A DNA stretch of 64,000 nucleotides. Origin: Acholeplasmataceae bacterium. GTDB lineage: Bacteria > Bacillota_I > Bacilli_A > Acholeplasmatales > Acholeplasmataceae. The stretch spans positions 256,001 to 320,000 of the forward strand of contig OY763415.1 of the NCBI GenBank assembly GCA_963667565.1, read 5' to 3'. Position 1 is the stretch's first letter, and the number at the start of each line of letters is the position of its first letter. The notes below the pieces were generated by a model. That model did not search any database and was not told the DNA's origin. It worked only from the letters and a program-made list of their open reading frames with translations. Below, in pieces: positions 1 through 12,474 of this stretch. The position numbers and the translations under genes are program-made.

Positions 1-485
1 TTAAAAAACTAATTTTAACAAGACCTGTTGTTGAAGCCGGTGAAAACTTAGGTTTCTTACCGGGTGACTTAAAAGAAAAAATAGATCCATATCTTGTACC
101 ATTATATGATGCATTATATGAGATGTTAGGTGTTGCTCAAACAACATCACTTATGGAAAAAGGTGTGATTGAGATAGCACCATTAGCTTATATGAGAGGG
201 CGAACATTAGAAAATGCTTTCGTTATTTTAGATGAAGCTCAAAACACTACTAAAGCACAAATGAAGATGTTTTTAACAAGACTTGGATTTGCATCTAAAA
301 TGGTGATTACAGGGGATCCATCACAAACGGATTTAGCTAGCAATCATTTATCTGGATTATCTCAAGCGATTCATTTATTAGAAACACTTGAAGATGTAAA
401 AGTAATTAGGTTTGAACGCATTGATGTGATTAGACATCCGCTTGTTCAACATATTCTTGAAAGGTATGAACAAAATGAAAGTTAA
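1..485 (+). CDS. phoH: PhoH-family ATPase, 5'-truncated by window edge
   Basis: Open frame from base 3: [28 protein letters not shown]...LAYMRGRTL...ILDEAQN...RHPLV. Confidence 0.95.
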   Translation, partial: KKLILTRPVVEAGENLGFLPGDLKEKIDPYLVPLYDALYEMLGVAQTTSLMEKGVIEIAPLAYMRGRTLENAFVILDEAQNTTKAQMKMFLTRLGFASKMVITGDPSQTDLASNHLSGLSQAIHLLETLEDVKVIRFERIDVIRHPLVQHILERYEQNES

Positions 486-897
486 TTTTTATAATCAAAC
501 AGATGTAGATGTTACTGATGTAAAAAAATTAATTACACGAATATTTAAAAAAGTATTTGATTTGCATTCAATGCAAGTCGTCTTTGTATCTTTAGAACAA
601 ATTCATGAAATGAATCAAACATATCGTCAAATAGATAGACCGACAGATGTCTTAAGTTTTCCAAATGATGACGATAAGGATCGATCACTTGGAGATATCT
701 TCATTTGCCTAGATAAGGCAAATGAACAAGCAAAAGACTATGGTCATTCATATGAAAGAGAAGTTGGGTTTTTATCTGTCCATGGATATCTTCATCTAAA
801 GGGGTATGATCATCATACTGATGAAGAAGAAAAAGTGATGGTAAAAGCTCAAGAAAAAATACTAAAAAAAGCAAAACTTGAAAGGGTGAAAATATGA
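475..897 (+). CDS. ybeY: rRNA maturation endoribonuclease YbeY
   Basis: DRPTDVLSF and [11 protein letters not shown] zinc motif; ATG 475 follows GAAAGGT RBS. Confidence 0.95.
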   Translation: MKVNFYNQTDVDVTDVKKLITRIFKKVFDLHSMQVVFVSLEQIHEMNQTYRQIDRPTDVLSFPNDDDKDRSLGDIFICLDKANEQAKDYGHSYEREVGFLSVHGYLHLKGYDHHTDEEEKVMVKAQEKILKKAKLERVKI

Positions 898-1286
898 AAG
901 GTTTAGAAGAAGCGAAGAAGGCGAGACTTCATGCTTATACACCATATTCTAAATTTAAAGTAGGTGCAGCGATTGAATTAAAAGATGGAACTTTTATTCA
1001 TGGAGCAAATATTGAAAATGCGGCACTGGGTTTATGTAATTGTGCAGAAAGAAGTGCATTATTTTCATTGTATAGCCAAGGCTATAAAAAAGAAGACATT
1101 AAAGAAATGACCATTGTAGCAGATACAAATCAACCAGTATCTCCATGTGGTGCATGTCGTCAAGTCATGTCAGAATTACTACCAAAAGATACTAAAATTA
1201 CGTTAGCAAATCTACATGGAGATACAAAAGTAGTATCTAAAGAAGAGTTGCTTCCATATGCTTTTGAAACATTTGAAGAGGAATAA
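894..1286 (+). CDS. cdd: Cytidine deaminase
   Basis: [28 protein letters not shown] motifs. Confidence 0.95.
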   Translation: MKGLEEAKKARLHAYTPYSKFKVGAAIELKDGTFIHGANIENAALGLCNCAERSALFSLYSQGYKKEDIKEMTIVADTNQPVSPCGACRQVMSELLPKDTKITLANLHGDTKVVSKEELLPYAFETFEEE

Positions 1287-1287
1287 T

Positions 1288-2178
1288 ATGGCATATCGTT
1301 CAGGATTTATTGCGATTGTAGGTAGACCTAATGTGGGAAAATCCACATTAATTAACGCTTTAATCAATAAGAAAATAGCCATCACTTCAGATAAACCACA
1401 AACCACAAGACATCGCATATCAGGGCTTGTTACAGAAGATGATTATCAAATGATCTTTGTTGATACACCGGGTATGCATAAAGGTAAAGATTTACTCAAT
1501 CAAACGATTGATAAAATTGCGGTCCAAAGTCTTCAAGATGTTGATTTGGTTTTATTTGTTGTTGATAAAAAATTTGGTGCTGCTGAAGAACATATCATCA
1601 AGTATTTTGAACATGTTAAAGTGCCTGTTTTTTTAGTTATCAATAAAATTGATCAATACGCTTCAAGATCAGCTATTGATGAAATCATACTCAGCTATTT
1701 AAATACATTCAAATTTGAAGGATTTTTTCCTATATCTGCAAAAGATAAAACACATTTAGATAAACTTAAAGAAAACTTAGTGCCTTATTTACCTGAAGGT
1801 CCAATGTATTATCCAAAAGATATGGATAGTGACCAAAGTGAAACGACACTCATGAGTGAATTTATTAGAGAAAAGATACTACATTTAACTGAACAAGAAG
1901 TACCTCATTCAGTGGCTGTTGTCATTGAAAGATTAGAATATAATAAAGAAAATAAAACACTAGATGTTGATGCTTTAATTATTGTGGAAAGAGCCTCACA
2001 AAAGAAAATACTGATTGGACATCAAGGTGACAAAATAAAACAAATTGGAACTTTAGCCAGAAAAGAAATCAATAAGGAATTAGATAAAAAAATTCACTTA
2101 TCTCTATGGATTAAAATTAAAAAAGATTGGCGAAATAGAGAGAGTGATTTAAAAGCATATGGTGTAGGTGATTTTTAG
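1288..2178 (+). CDS. era: GTPase Era
   Basis: GRPNVGKST, DTPG, NKID, KH domain; ATG 1288 after GAGG. Confidence 0.97.
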   Translation: MAYRSGFIAIVGRPNVGKSTLINALINKKIAITSDKPQTTRHRISGLVTEDDYQMIFVDTPGMHKGKDLLNQTIDKIAVQSLQDVDLVLFVVDKKFGAAEEHIIKYFEHVKVPVFLVINKIDQYASRSAIDEIILSYLNTFKFEGFFPISAKDKTHLDKLKENLVPYLPEGPMYYPKDMDSDQSETTLMSEFIREKILHLTEQEVPHSVAVVIERLEYNKENKTLDVDALIIVERASQKKILIGHQGDKIKQIGTLARKEINKELDKKIHLSLWIKIKKDWRNRESDLKAYGVGDF

Positions 2179-2837
2179 TGGAAGGTATTATTTATAAAAT
2201 TCAACCATACCAAGAATCTTCGAGATTACTTTTTGTTTATACTCAAATTGGAAAACTCACTTTACTTGCAAAAGGTGCTCAAAAATTAAACCAAAAGACA
2301 CGTGTTATAAGTCAATTTTTAACACGTCTTTCTTTTGATATGCCAGCAACACAAAAGACGTTTATCACACTTAAAAATCCAGTTGTCATTGAAGACTATC
2401 AAGCAATTAAAAATGATTATAAAATGACACAATATGCTGCACTCATTTTAGAAATTGTTGACAAATTTATGATTGATATTGAATCTCATCAAATGATTTA
2501 TGATGAAGTTGTCAAAGCACTCTCGTTTAATGATATTAAACGTTCATCAATATCATTTGCATTAAAGATATTAAAACCACTAGGATATGCACTTAATTTA
2601 AATGCCGATGGAAGCGTTGTGAAAGGTGTAAGTATCCAAAAAGGTGGGTTAGTTTACGAAAATGAAGCATATTCTGCTGATTTGGACACAAAAGATGCGA
2701 TTTCACTTTTAAAACTATCGTATTTACCGTATAATGAACATAGCGATGTTTTAGATGACTCAATTCAAAGAATTGAATATTTTATTAAGAGATATTATGA
2801 GTATCACTTGCATACAACATTAAAAAATTTATCATAG
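2178..2837 (+). CDS. recO: DNA repair protein RecO
   Basis: N-terminal OB-fold pattern ([12 protein letters not shown]...AKGA) and position after era. Confidence 0.8.
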   Translation: MEGIIYKIQPYQESSRLLFVYTQIGKLTLLAKGAQKLNQKTRVISQFLTRLSFDMPATQKTFITLKNPVVIEDYQAIKNDYKMTQYAALILEIVDKFMIDIESHQMIYDEVVKALSFNDIKRSSISFALKILKPLGYALNLNADGSVVKGVSIQKGGLVYENEAYSADLDTKDAISLLKLSYLPYNEHSDVLDDSIQRIEYFIKRYYEYHLHTTLKNLS

Positions 2838-2848
2838 GATGGGAAGAT

Positions 2849-4219
2849 ATGACTTCATTAGATCAAATTGTACAATTTGCAAAAACAACAGGATTTATAT
2901 TTCAAGGTAGTGAACTTTATGGTGGTTTAGCAAACACTTGGGATTACGGTCCTCTAGGAAGTGTTTTGAAAAGAAACATCAAGGCCGCTTGGATTCAAAA
3001 ATTCCAAAGACAATCCCCATATAACGTTTTATTTGATAGTTCTATTTTGCTTAACTCAAAAGTTTGGGAAGCAAGTGGGCATGTCGGTGGATTTAATGAT
3101 CCATTGACTGAATGTCGTTCATGTAACCAACGTTTTAGAGCTGATAAATTAATTGAAGCACATCATCCAAATGTGAATGCAGATGGATGGAGCACAGAAA
3201 AAATGTATCAATATTTACTTGACAATGAAGTCAAATGTCCAAGTTGTGGTGCCCATGATTTTCTGCCAATCCGTGCATTTAACATGATGTTTAAAACTAA
3301 ACAAGGTGTTGTTGAAGATACTGCAGATGACATTTATTTAAGACCAGAAACTGCACAAGGTATTTTCATCAATTTTAAAAATATACAACGCTCAACAAGA
3401 AAAAAATTACCTTTTGGTGTTTGCCAAGTTGGTAAATCTTTTAGAAATGAAATCACTCCTGGTAATTTCATTTTTAGAACAAGAGAATTTGAACAAATGG
3501 AAATGGAATTTTTCTGTAAACCAGGAACTGAACTAGAATGGTTTAAATACTGGAAACAATTCGTGATGGATTGGCTTTTAAATCTTGGACTCAATCCAGA
3601 TGATTTGAGATTTGATGATCATAAACCAGAAGCTTTATCACATTACTCAAATGCGACGACGGATGTTCAGTTTAAATTTCCTTGGGGATTTGATGAACTT
3701 TGGGGTATTGCATCAAGAACAAATTATGATTTAAAAGCACATCAATTACATTCAGGTGAAAGTATGGAATACTTAGATCCTGAAACAAATGAAAAATATT
3801 TACCATATGTCGTTGAACCAGCTGTTGGTGTTGAAAGACTTGTACTTGCATTTTTAATGAGCGCTTACGATGTCGAAACTTTAGCAGATGGTGAGGAAAG
3901 ACAAGTACTTAGATTACATCCTCAACTTTCACCATATAAAGTTGCAGTATTACCACTTGTTAAAAAATTACATGCTGAAAAGTCTTTAGAAATTTATGAT
4001 TTATTAAGCGAAGATTTTGATGTAACTTATGATGAAACTCAAAACATTGGTAAACGTTATAGAAGACAAGATGCGATTGGAACATATTTATGCATCACCG
4101 TGGATCATGACACTGAATCATTACAATCAGTGACTGTAAGAAACAGAGACACGATGGAACAAGTCAGAATTCCAATTAGCGAGTTAAAAGCATATATTAA
4201 AGAGCAAATTAAATATTAA
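2849..4219 (+). CDS. glyQS: Glycine--tRNA ligase, alpha2 type
   Basis: [45 protein letters not shown]. Confidence 0.97.
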   Translation: MTSLDQIVQFAKTTGFIFQGSELYGGLANTWDYGPLGSVLKRNIKAAWIQKFQRQSPYNVLFDSSILLNSKVWEASGHVGGFNDPLTECRSCNQRFRADKLIEAHHPNVNADGWSTEKMYQYLLDNEVKCPSCGAHDFLPIRAFNMMFKTKQGVVEDTADDIYLRPETAQGIFINFKNIQRSTRKKLPFGVCQVGKSFRNEITPGNFIFRTREFEQMEMEFFCKPGTELEWFKYWKQFVMDWLLNLGLNPDDLRFDDHKPEALSHYSNATTDVQFKFPWGFDELWGIASRTNYDLKAHQLHSGESMEYLDPETNEKYLPYVVEPAVGVERLVLAFLMSAYDVETLADGEERQVLRLHPQLSPYKVAVLPLVKKLHAEKSLEIYDLLSEDFDVTYDETQNIGKRYRRQDAIGTYLCITVDHDTESLQSVTVRNRDTMEQVRIPISELKAYIKEQIKY

Positions 4220-4254
4220 TGGTACAACACTAAAAAATGAAAAGGAGGGATATC

Positions 4255-6015
4255 ATGGATCAAAAGCTCATTGACGAAATCAATAGTAAAACCCAAATCC
4301 TTGATGTGGTTTCAGAATTTGTAGATTTACAAAAACGTGGAAAAAACTACATGGGATTATGTCCTTTTCATGATGAAAAAACACCAAGTTTTTCAGTTTC
4401 TCCTGAAAAAAACATCTGTAAATGTATGGGATGTGGAGAAGGTGGGAACCCCATTAATTTTTACAGAAAGATTAAAAATATTTCTTTGCAAGAAGCAGCT
4501 GAAGTTTTAGCCGAACGTGCAGGGATTGAGATTAAAAAAACAGTTGTAAAGAAAAATCCTAATGAAAAACTTTTCAAAATGATGGAAGAAGCAGCAACGT
4601 TTTACCAGTTTAATTTAAAAAATAGTAAAGCTGGTGAAGAAGCTTTTGCTTATTTGATTCAAAGAGAATTAAGCCCAAAAACCATCGATCATTTTAAATT
4701 AGGATATGCACCAAGTTTTGGAGACACGCTATATCAAGTGTTAAAAGACAAAGGATATGCAGTATCAGATATGATAAAACTTGGTATTGTCAAACAAAAT
4801 AATGATGGTAAATACTATGATTTATTTAGTGATCGTGTCATTTTTCCAGTCACAGATCCTGAAGGTAGAGTTGTAGGATTTAGTGGCAGAACGCTTTCAT
4901 CTAAAGAACAGGTTAAATATATTAACAGTCCTGAAACAGTGATCTTTAAAAAAGGATTCTTGCTCTATCATTTGTATGAATCATTATCAGACATTAGAAA
5001 AAATAAGCAAATGATACTTTTTGAAGGCTTTTTTGATGTGATTAGCTCATATCAAGCAGGCATTACAAATGGTGTAGCTACCATGGGCACAGCACTGACT
5101 AAAAATCAAGCACAACTGATGAGAAAATATAGTCCTTCAGTCGTCATTGCCTATGATGGAGATAGTGCTGGATTAAAAGCAACTGATCATGCCATTCCAC
5201 TTTTAGAACAGACAGGGATTAAAACAGAAGTTTTAGTCATTCCAGAAAAAATGGATCCAGATGAATTCATTAAGAATTATGGACCAGAACGATATGAAAC
5301 ATTGTTTGGTGAATTTGTCGTTGATCCTTATCAATTTAGATTTGATTACTATAGACAAGGTCTCGATTTAAAAAATACCAATGATGTAAAGTTATTTAAA
5401 ACACGAGTAACAAAAATGATCGCTGGAGCAGATCCTGCAATTATTGCAATTTATAAAAATAAATTAGCAAAAACACTTCATATTGACGAAAGCGACATTG
5501 TTGTTAAAAAAGAGCGAATTGAACCAAAGATTCCTCCAAAACCTATCGATATTGAGATTAAAAGAAATATCATTGATAAATATGAAAAAGCAGAGCGTTT
5601 ACTCATTATTGTCATGCTTAGATCTAAAGCGGATGCAAAATATGTAACATCCATGCTTACCACTAATGATTATGCAGATCCAGTGGTTTCATCGATTCGC
5701 TTAAAAATCCAAGATTATTACTTAGACCATGATATAATAGATATCGATGATTTCAAAGATCATTTAACACATGATCAAAGATCATATTTTGAAAAATATA
5801 TCATGACAGACTTATTTTATGAAAAAGAAATAGAGATACCAAGAAGCTCATATCATCCATACATTGACTTGCTTAAAAATACGGCAAGTAAAAGAAGATT
5901 GGAATATCTTAAGAGCATGATGACAGAAGATGGATTTCTAGACAAAAATCTTGAACTTGAGTATCACACTTTAGTATCCAAAATGAAAATAAATGGAGGA
6001 AACAATGGACATTAA
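4255..6015 (+). CDS. dnaG: DNA primase
   Basis: CPFH..KTPSF...C..C zinc finger, [20 protein letters not shown] and YDGDSAG; ATG 4255 after AGGAGG. Confidence 0.97.
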   Translation: MDQKLIDEINSKTQILDVVSEFVDLQKRGKNYMGLCPFHDEKTPSFSVSPEKNICKCMGCGEGGNPINFYRKIKNISLQEAAEVLAERAGIEIKKTVVKKNPNEKLFKMMEEAATFYQFNLKNSKAGEEAFAYLIQRELSPKTIDHFKLGYAPSFGDTLYQVLKDKGYAVSDMIKLGIVKQNNDGKYYDLFSDRVIFPVTDPEGRVVGFSGRTLSSKEQVKYINSPETVIFKKGFLLYHLYESLSDIRKNKQMILFEGFFDVISSYQAGITNGVATMGTALTKNQAQLMRKYSPSVVIAYDGDSAGLKATDHAIPLLEQTGIKTEVLVIPEKMDPDEFIKNYGPERYETLFGEFVVDPYQFRFDYYRQGLDLKNTNDVKLFKTRVTKMIAGADPAIIAIYKNKLAKTLHIDESDIVVKKERIEPKIPPKPIDIEIKRNIIDKYEKAERLLIIVMLRSKADAKYVTSMLTTNDYADPVVSSIRLKIQDYYLDHDIIDIDDFKDHLTHDQRSYFEKYIMTDLFYEKEIEIPRSSYHPYIDLLKNTASKRRLEYLKSMMTEDGFLDKNLELEYHTLVSKMKINGGNNGH

Positions 6016-7252
6016 AAAAGCAATTGCTACATTATCTAAAAAAGCTGGGGAAGATAAATTTGTAACGATCGAAGATGTCGTCGTTTATGCAAAACCAGGG
6101 ACACAAGAATATTATCAAATTGAAAAAGAATTATTAGATCAAAACATCGATATTATTGAAACCATCGACGATGAAGAGGAAGAAGCTCCGGCATTAATAC
6201 TAGATGACGAAGAGGAAGACGATGACGTTTTATCAGATGATGATGAACCAGATGATTTATCACTTTCAGGTTTAGAAGTTGAAGAAGAAGAACTTGAAAA
6301 TTTAGAAGAAATTGCTGCAACTGTAAAAACAGATGATCCAGTACGTATGTATTTAAAAGAAATTGGACAAATTCCACTTTTAAATCAAGAACAAGAACAA
6401 GATTATGCGATTAAAGTCTCTAATGGTCGTTATGCTAAAGAACAATTAGATGCCGTTCTCGCTGGCGAACTTGATATTTCTGAACAAGATCAACAAGAAT
6501 TAAAAGATATTACAGACTTGGCACAATATGCTAAAAATAAACTTGTAGAAGCAAATTATCGTTTGGTAGTTTCAATTGCAAAACGTTATGTTGGTCGTGG
6601 TCTTTTATTCTTAGATTTGATCCAAGAAGGTAACATGGGACTCATGCGTGCTGTAGATAAATTTGATTATGAAAAAGGGTTCAAATTTTCTACATATGCT
6701 ACATGGTGGATTAGACAAGCGATCACCAGAGCTGTTGCTGATCAAGCTAGAACTATTAGAATTCCAGTTCATATGGTTGAAACTATTAATAAGATGATTA
6801 GAATTCAAAGACAATTAATTCAAGACTTAGGAAGAGAACCTAGCGTTGAAGAAATTGCTGAAAGAATGGGTATCACACCAGATAAGGTACAAAATATTCA
6901 AAGAATTGCTAAAGAACCTATTTCTTTAGAAGCTCATGTGGGTGAAGAAGAAGATTCATCCCTTGGAGATTTTATCAGTGATCCAAATGCTTTAACACCA
7001 CATGAAGTGATGATTCAAGATATGATTAAACAAGTGTTAGATGAAGTACTAGAAACCTTGACTGATCGTGAAGAAAAAGTGCTAAGATTAAGATATGGAT
7101 TATATGATGGCAAAAATCATACACTTGAAGAAGTTGGTAGAGAATTTGGTGTTACTAGAGAACGTATTCGTCAAATTGAAGCCAAAGCTTTAAGAAAATT
7201 AAGAAGTCCTTCAAGACAAAACAAACTTAAAGAAATTTACCATGGCAAATAA
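6005..7252 (+). CDS. rpoD: Primary sigma factor RpoD/SigA
   Basis: [45 protein letters not shown]. Confidence 0.98.
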   Translation: MDIKKAIATLSKKAGEDKFVTIEDVVVYAKPGTQEYYQIEKELLDQNIDIIETIDDEEEEAPALILDDEEEDDDVLSDDDEPDDLSLSGLEVEEEELENLEEIAATVKTDDPVRMYLKEIGQIPLLNQEQEQDYAIKVSNGRYAKEQLDAVLAGELDISEQDQQELKDITDLAQYAKNKLVEANYRLVVSIAKRYVGRGLLFLDLIQEGNMGLMRAVDKFDYEKGFKFSTYATWWIRQAITRAVADQARTIRIPVHMVETINKMIRIQRQLIQDLGREPSVEEIAERMGITPDKVQNIQRIAKEPISLEAHVGEEEDSSLGDFISDPNALTPHEVMIQDMIKQVLDEVLETLTDREEKVLRLRYGLYDGKNHTLEEVGREFGVTRERIRQIEAKALRKLRSPSRQNKLKEIYHGK

Positions 7253-7862
7253 TCCAAGACTATCATTACTTGCAAGTTTATTAAAAGGCTATGATACAGT
7301 CTTAGATATTGGAACTGATCATGGCTTTGTTTTAAGAGAAGCACTTGATTTAGGATATATCAAAAAAGGGATTGCAGCTGATATTGGTGAGCAACCATTA
7401 CAAAAAGCGAAGAATAATCTTATAGGCTATCCTGTTGAGTTTATCTTATCTAATGGTTTTGAGCATGTCAATTTGAGTTATGATGCAGTTGTTATTGCCG
7501 GAATGGGTGTATATACCATTTCTGAAATTCTTAAGCAAAATCACGAAAGTAAAACATATTTTCTACAACCTAATGATAAATATGATAGTTTAAGAATGTA
7601 CTTAATGGAACATGGTTTTAAAATTATTGATGAATTTGTTATTTTTGATAAATTTTATTATGTCATCATGAAAGTGATTAAAGAAGAAATGAATTTATCA
7701 GAAGAAGATATATATGTAGGACCAGTATTAAAAACAAAAAAAGAAGCAAAACCTTATTTTCTTCACATGATTCATCAATATGAGAAAATCATGGAAGTCT
7801 GTGATGAAAAGTCAAAACTAAAATTTGGTAAGATTATCAAATATTATAAAAAATATGTATAA
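7242..7862 (+). CDS. trmK: tRNA (adenine-22-N1)-methyltransferase
   Basis: DIGTDHG, IAGMG, LQPN motifs; conserved position after rpoD. Confidence 0.9.
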   Translation: MANNPRLSLLASLLKGYDTVLDIGTDHGFVLREALDLGYIKKGIAADIGEQPLQKAKNNLIGYPVEFILSNGFEHVNLSYDAVVIAGMGVYTISEILKQNHESKTYFLQPNDKYDSLRMYLMEHGFKIIDEFVIFDKFYYVIMKVIKEEMNLSEEDIYVGPVLKTKKEAKPYFLHMIHQYEKIMEVCDEKSKLKFGKIIKYYKKYV

Positions 7863-7896
7863 AAAAAATAAAAATAGATAGAGGGAGGTTGCACAC

Positions 7897-8337
7897 ATGA
7901 ACCATAAAAATTATCAAAACTTACAAAAAATCGATCGTGCACTAAAAATATTCAGAAGATCTGGCGTTTACGATAGAATGAGTACTGAACTAAGTGATGC
8001 AGATATCATGGTATTATTTTGTGTCGCGTTTTGCGATATGAGTGAGAAAGTCATGATCACAGATATTGCAAAAAGATTAAAAGTAACATTACCTGCTGTT
8101 ACACATAAAGTTAATGAACTTGTTGAAAAAAATTATATCGAAAAAATCCCTTCAGAAAAGGATTTACGTGTTGTATATATTAAATTAACAAGCGAAGGAA
8201 AAACTTATGTTGAATCAATTAGAGATGAGTATTATCGTCCAATTGAAATATTAGCAAACCATTTAGGACAAGAAGATACTGATACTTTTATAAGACTTTT
8301 AGACAAAGTTTCTGAGATTGGTAAAATTAAAGGATAA
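7897..8337 (+). CDS. MarR-family transcriptional regulator
   Basis: Winged helix (DIAKRLKVTLPAVTHKVNELVEKNYI...DLRVVYIKLTSEG). Confidence 0.88.
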   Translation: MNHKNYQNLQKIDRALKIFRRSGVYDRMSTELSDADIMVLFCVAFCDMSEKVMITDIAKRLKVTLPAVTHKVNELVEKNYIEKIPSEKDLRVVYIKLTSEGKTYVESIRDEYYRPIEILANHLGQEDTDTFIRLLDKVSEIGKIKG

Positions 8338-8354
8338 ACTTTTTCCAAAATGTC

Positions 8355-8383
8355 TTTACAATTAGTCGCGTTTACGTTATAAT
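8355..8383 (+). promoter_or_regulatory. Sigma-A promoter for tRNA-Arg
   Basis: TTTACA-17 nt-TATAAT. Confidence 0.7.
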
Positions 8384-8402
8384 AAATAACGCTGACTGAT
8401 TT

Positions 8403-8479
<77 letters not shown>

Positions 8480-8565
8480 TTAGAATAATCAACCTGGAAA
8501 TCTAACACCCATGAAGGATTACCAGGTTTTTATTTTATATAATTTTTATATGTAAGGGGGTATAT

Positions 8566-8838
8566 GTGATGTCTAAATTTATAAAAGTAGAAGCAATTGA
8601 TTTTACTCCAGGTCTTGATCCAATAATTAGTGAAATAATACTTAATGTTGATGATATTAGTTACATTGAAGGAGTTACTGTTCGCATGAAATCACTTGCA
8701 GTTAGAGCAAAAGATTATTGGGAAAAAGAAGATAGAAAAACTAAAGTACTAAAAACTAATAGACATTTTGAGTAAGAACATTTTGATTTAACTGCTGAAT
8801 CATTAGAGCATTTATTATCAGAACTTGAAATTTCTTAA
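8566..8838 (+). pseudogene. Hypothetical protein with in-frame TAA at 8773-8775
   Basis: AAGGGGG RBS; frame continues after TAA as EHFDLTAESLEHLLSELEIS* to 8838. Confidence 0.45.
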
Positions 8839-9308
8839 TTATATCTTCTATTATATCTAAGATTGTAATTGTTACCTCTAGGATTATTTTGTAGTCTTAC
8901 TTAAATTCTAGAATCAGGAATTGGATTCTCAATTAGAAAATCTCTTAATGGTTTATTTGAATTTATATAATCTATTAACCAAGCAATCGTTTTATCAGAT
9001 TTTTTATTAGTTAATCTACCAACAAATTGTATCATCCGTTAGATCCTTTCACAACTTATCCTGGTAATTACATCATAATTAGTCCAGGAATTATTTTTAT
9101 AATTTAAGATAGTTTGATAAAAAAATATAATTAATGAATATAAAGAAATGCTTGGATCTGCTAAAACATTTGATTATTTTACAAAACTTATTGAATTATT
9201 AAATAAAAAATCAGAATTAAAAGAAATATTAAGGTTTACTTATTTTAAAGAATTGAAGTAATAAATTTATAGTGACAAATATTGTCACTTTTTTATTGTA
9301 ATAAAACA

Positions 9309-9478
9309 CTAGAGAAACAAGTTCATATCATACGTACGAGTATGAGTCCATCTAAAGTTTCCGTAACTAAACAAACCAACTAAAGAAATTAGAATAAATT
9401 GTATCATTTCAAAGATCATTAATACGATAGTAAAGATCGTCTGAAAGATAATTTTGATAATATTAAAAAAATATTCAT
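9309..9478 (-). pseudogene. Small hydrophobic protein frameshifted in a T7 run
   Basis: GGAGTG RBS then ATG; adding one T gives MNIFFNIIKIIFQTIFTIVLMIFEMIQFILISLVGLFSYG... Confidence 0.4.
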
Positions 9479-9484
9479 GACGCT

Positions 9485-9781
9485 TCACTCCGTTATCATC
9501 TTAAGAAGCAGTTCCTTATTCTTCTGAGAATATATCTTGAGTCCTCGTGTTTTAGCAATATCGTTTAACTCTCTGATATTTTTACCAGATAAGTCTTCTG
9601 ATGATAAAAATTCAAGTTCTTCAGGTTTCCCTTCTATACCTAATTCATCCTGGGATAATCTTTTACTTTTTTCTACTAATTCAATATCAAGTTCAAGTTT
9701 CTTTTTATCATCATGTTGTTGTAATTCCTTATCTTTAGCTGTGATTTCTTTAATCTCAGCGTTTTTACATTTTTTATTTTG
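9485..9781 (-). pseudogene. Start-less gene fragment ending in a Rho-N/HeH-like domain
   Basis: 99 open codons ending LSGKNIRELNDIAKTRGLKIYSQKNKELLLKMITE*; stops immediately upstream. Confidence 0.55.
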
Positions 9782-9893
9782 CTATTAAGAATACATATTA
9801 TGCATAAGTACTGAATAATAGGACATATGTGCCCTGTTTTTTACCTATGTTTATATGCTACAATAAAAATAAAGGAAAGTGCAGGGGATTTAA

Positions 9894-11012
9894 ATGAAGA
9901 AATTATTTATAGTAGTGATTGGTATATTTTGTGTGATTCTACTTAATAATCAAGTTGTTTATGCAAAATCAAATAGTCATATTGAATATGTGACAGAAAC
10001 TTATTATGAATCATTTTTCAATAATGATGGTCAAACAATAAAAAATGAAATTGGAGAAAAAGAAGCTAAAGAAAAAATACAAATTAAACAAAAATACAAA
10101 AATTTAAAGAATGAATACAAAAAATATTTAAATGATGAATTGACTTTAGATGATGAGAATCAACTAGTTGATGAATTGAATGAAACAATCTCAATTTTAT
10201 CCGCAATAGGTGAACATTTATCAATTGAAGATGATGGTGGTGGAGGCAGCTCAACGTTGACATTTAATCCAGTTGAAGGATCTGAAAATGTCACAGTTGC
10301 ACATATTGATGAAGCATATGCCACTGTTATGGCATATTCAGAATTTCTAGATGATATTGATTAAACCAAATTAACTCTTTATGTACAATTTGATACAAAT
10401 GAAGATGAAGGAATGAATATAGTTAGTACACTTGAGTGGTTTTCAGAACCTAATGAACAATATTTAGATTATATGGCTATAGGATACCCAACTACAGTGA
10501 TGCCTGATTATTCAACTGTTGAATTAAAAACAGAGGTAATATATGATATACCCGGTGATACAACTAAACGCCAGTATGATAGTAATATTACTTATAGTGA
10601 AGCATTATCGGATGGTGTTATATTTGATGATACAAACGGACTGATTTGGAGCGTATATCCATATATCTCATATTCAAATTATGGAGTTTATCCTTTAGAA
10701 ACCGCTGTAAAGACTCATGTTTATGACGAAAATAATGTAGCTGTTTCAGATGTACACATACAAAGTTTTAAATTCATAATGTCAGTTCAAATGGTACCTT
10801 ATGATACAAATAATGTGTATTCGGATAATAATATGATTATTTGGACTGATTACAGACATATGGAGTTTCATATAACTTTTGGAGCTTCAGGAACTGTTAG
10901 AGTTTATTTAATCGGATCAAATCCACAAGCTTTCTTAACAATTGATATATCATTTCAACTACGAGATGATATGGAAAGGTTAATAAAGATTCAATTAATT
11001 TTTGATAATTAA
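9894..11012 (+). pseudogene. Secreted hypothetical protein split by in-frame TAA (10362-10364)
   Basis: Signal peptide MKKLFIVVIGIFCVILL...VYA; ORFs 9894 and 10413 share one frame with a single intervening stop. Confidence 0.7.
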
Positions 11013-11028
11013 GAATAGAAGGTAAATA

Positions 11029-11253
11029 ATGAAAAATCAATTAATATTCGCTTTAGAAATTTTTATGTTTATAATATTTATTGTCAGTTTAATATCAATA
11101 CCATTTGTACCTTTAAGTGGAAACATTGTTTCTACTGAAACTCTTTTGTCGCAGTTGGTTAAGGTTATAAAATATGGATTTATTTCTACATGTGCCGGTA
11201 TATTTATAATTATTTTAGAATTGCTAAAAAAATCAAAAAATAAAACAGATTAA
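11029..11253 (+). CDS. Small two-TM membrane protein
   Basis: 74 aa, two hydrophobic segments, basic tail, GAAGG RBS. Confidence 0.65.
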   Translation: MKNQLIFALEIFMFIIFIVSLISIPFVPLSGNIVSTETLLSQLVKVIKYGFISTCAGIFIIILELLKKSKNKTD

Positions 11254-11337
11254 AACAAATAATTAACAATAAAGAAATATATAGTGACTAGTTTGCGAAA
11301 CAAGTTTCAATATATATAATAAAATATGTACACAATG

Positions 11338-11377
11338 AAAAAGACATATTAGAAATAAATCTAGTATGTCTTTTTTA
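11338..11377. terminator. Intrinsic terminator, probably bidirectional
   Basis: AAAAAGACATATTAGA...TCTAGTATGTCTTTTTT. Confidence 0.7.
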
Positions 11378-11493
11378 ATATACTAAAAACAAATTCAAAG
11401 AGCTCGTAACTATGCAGTATAGAATTAAATCTCTTAAGTTTTTTTATGAATGTCTGTTCTAAAGGAACTAATTATCATGGAATGGCTTTTATT

Positions 11494-12312
11494 TTAAACT
11501 AAATTAAAAAACTTTTGTAAATATTTAGCAAGTCCTGCTTCATCATTAGTAACATCAGTGATTTGATAAGCAACTTCTTTAAGTTGTGGTACTCCATTTT
11601 TCATTGCAACTCCAAAGCTCATTTCCTTGATCATTTCCAAGTCATTAATACCATCACCAAATGCGATTGTATTTTTAGGATCAATATCAAAATAATTAAT
11701 TAAATAATTAAGAGCTGATGCTTTTGATGTATGCTTTAAATAAACTTCATACATGACATTACCATTTTTATCAGTACCCCAACGTCTAAATGAAAGTGTT
11801 TCTGGATATTGAAATGTGATCCAAGATTCAAATTTATCAACGAAATCATGATTGATTAAAAATATCATACCATTGGGTTCAACATCTAAATCAGTGAATT
11901 CACATTCAATTAACTTTCCACTACTTAAGCCAACAAAATAAGTTTCAAGCTCTTTATTGTATTTATATGCATATACTGTTTTTTCAATTGAAAAGAATGC
12001 AGATTCTATATGGTCTTTAGAGTATTCAAATAAAGTCTTCATTACCTTAATTGGAATATAGGTTCTCTGTTTTGCAAATTCAATATGTCCTGGGTGATCA
12101 ATGGAAGCACCATTGTCAGTGATGATTGGATTATCTATACCAATTTCATTATAAATATGTAGACATCCACCAAGAGGACGACCGGTTGCAATCACAACTT
12201 TATGTCCTAGATCAGAGACTTTTCTTAAAGTTTCTATGGTGATTGGATCTAATTTTCCTTGTTCATTCAGCAATGTTCCATCTATGTCACATGCAATTAA
12301 ATATTTTTTCAT
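11494..12312 (-). CDS. Cof-type HAD-IIB hydrolase
   Basis: DIDGTLL, ATGR, SKASAL, AFGDGINDLEMI. Confidence 0.93.
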   Translation of the reverse strand: MKKYLIACDIDGTLLNEQGKLDPITIETLRKVSDLGHKVVIATGRPLGGCLHIYNEIGIDNPIITDNGASIDHPGHIEFAKQRTYIPIKVMKTLFEYSKDHIESAFFSIEKTVYAYKYNKELETYFVGLSSGKLIECEFTDLDVEPNGMIFLINHDFVDKFESWITFQYPETLSFRRWGTDKNGNVMYEVYLKHTSKASALNYLINYFDIDPKNTIAFGDGINDLEMIKEMSFGVAMKNGVPQLKEVAYQITDVTNDEAGLAKYLQKFFNLV

Positions 12313-12474
12313 AACTCCACCTCTTACTTATATATTATCTCACAAAGTGAAAAGTTTTCATAGTATTTACATGCAAAGATTTTGTATATTTTTTATGTGA
12401 TATTTTCTTATAAAATATTACATGCTTTATGTTATATCATTACCATGATATAATAACTATTAGGAGCTGATCTC

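Larger units (their letters stand above)
8480..11380. mobile_element. Decayed AT-rich genomic islet downstream of tRNA-Arg
   Basis: Visibly more AT-rich than flanks, several broken ORFs, orphan genes, tRNA-adjacent; no integrase or att repeat seen. Confidence 0.55.

Noticed and set aside
6165..6300. GAT/GAA-rich repeat-like tract
   Set aside because: Encodes the ordinary acidic linker of RpoD.
9537..9788. Plus-strand 83-aa Ser-rich ORF
   Set aside because: Antisense shadow of the minus-strand Rho-N-like fragment.
8480..11490. Intact prophage or ICE with an attR copy of the tRNA 3' end
   Set aside because: No integrase, structural genes or duplicated tRNA end found by eye.
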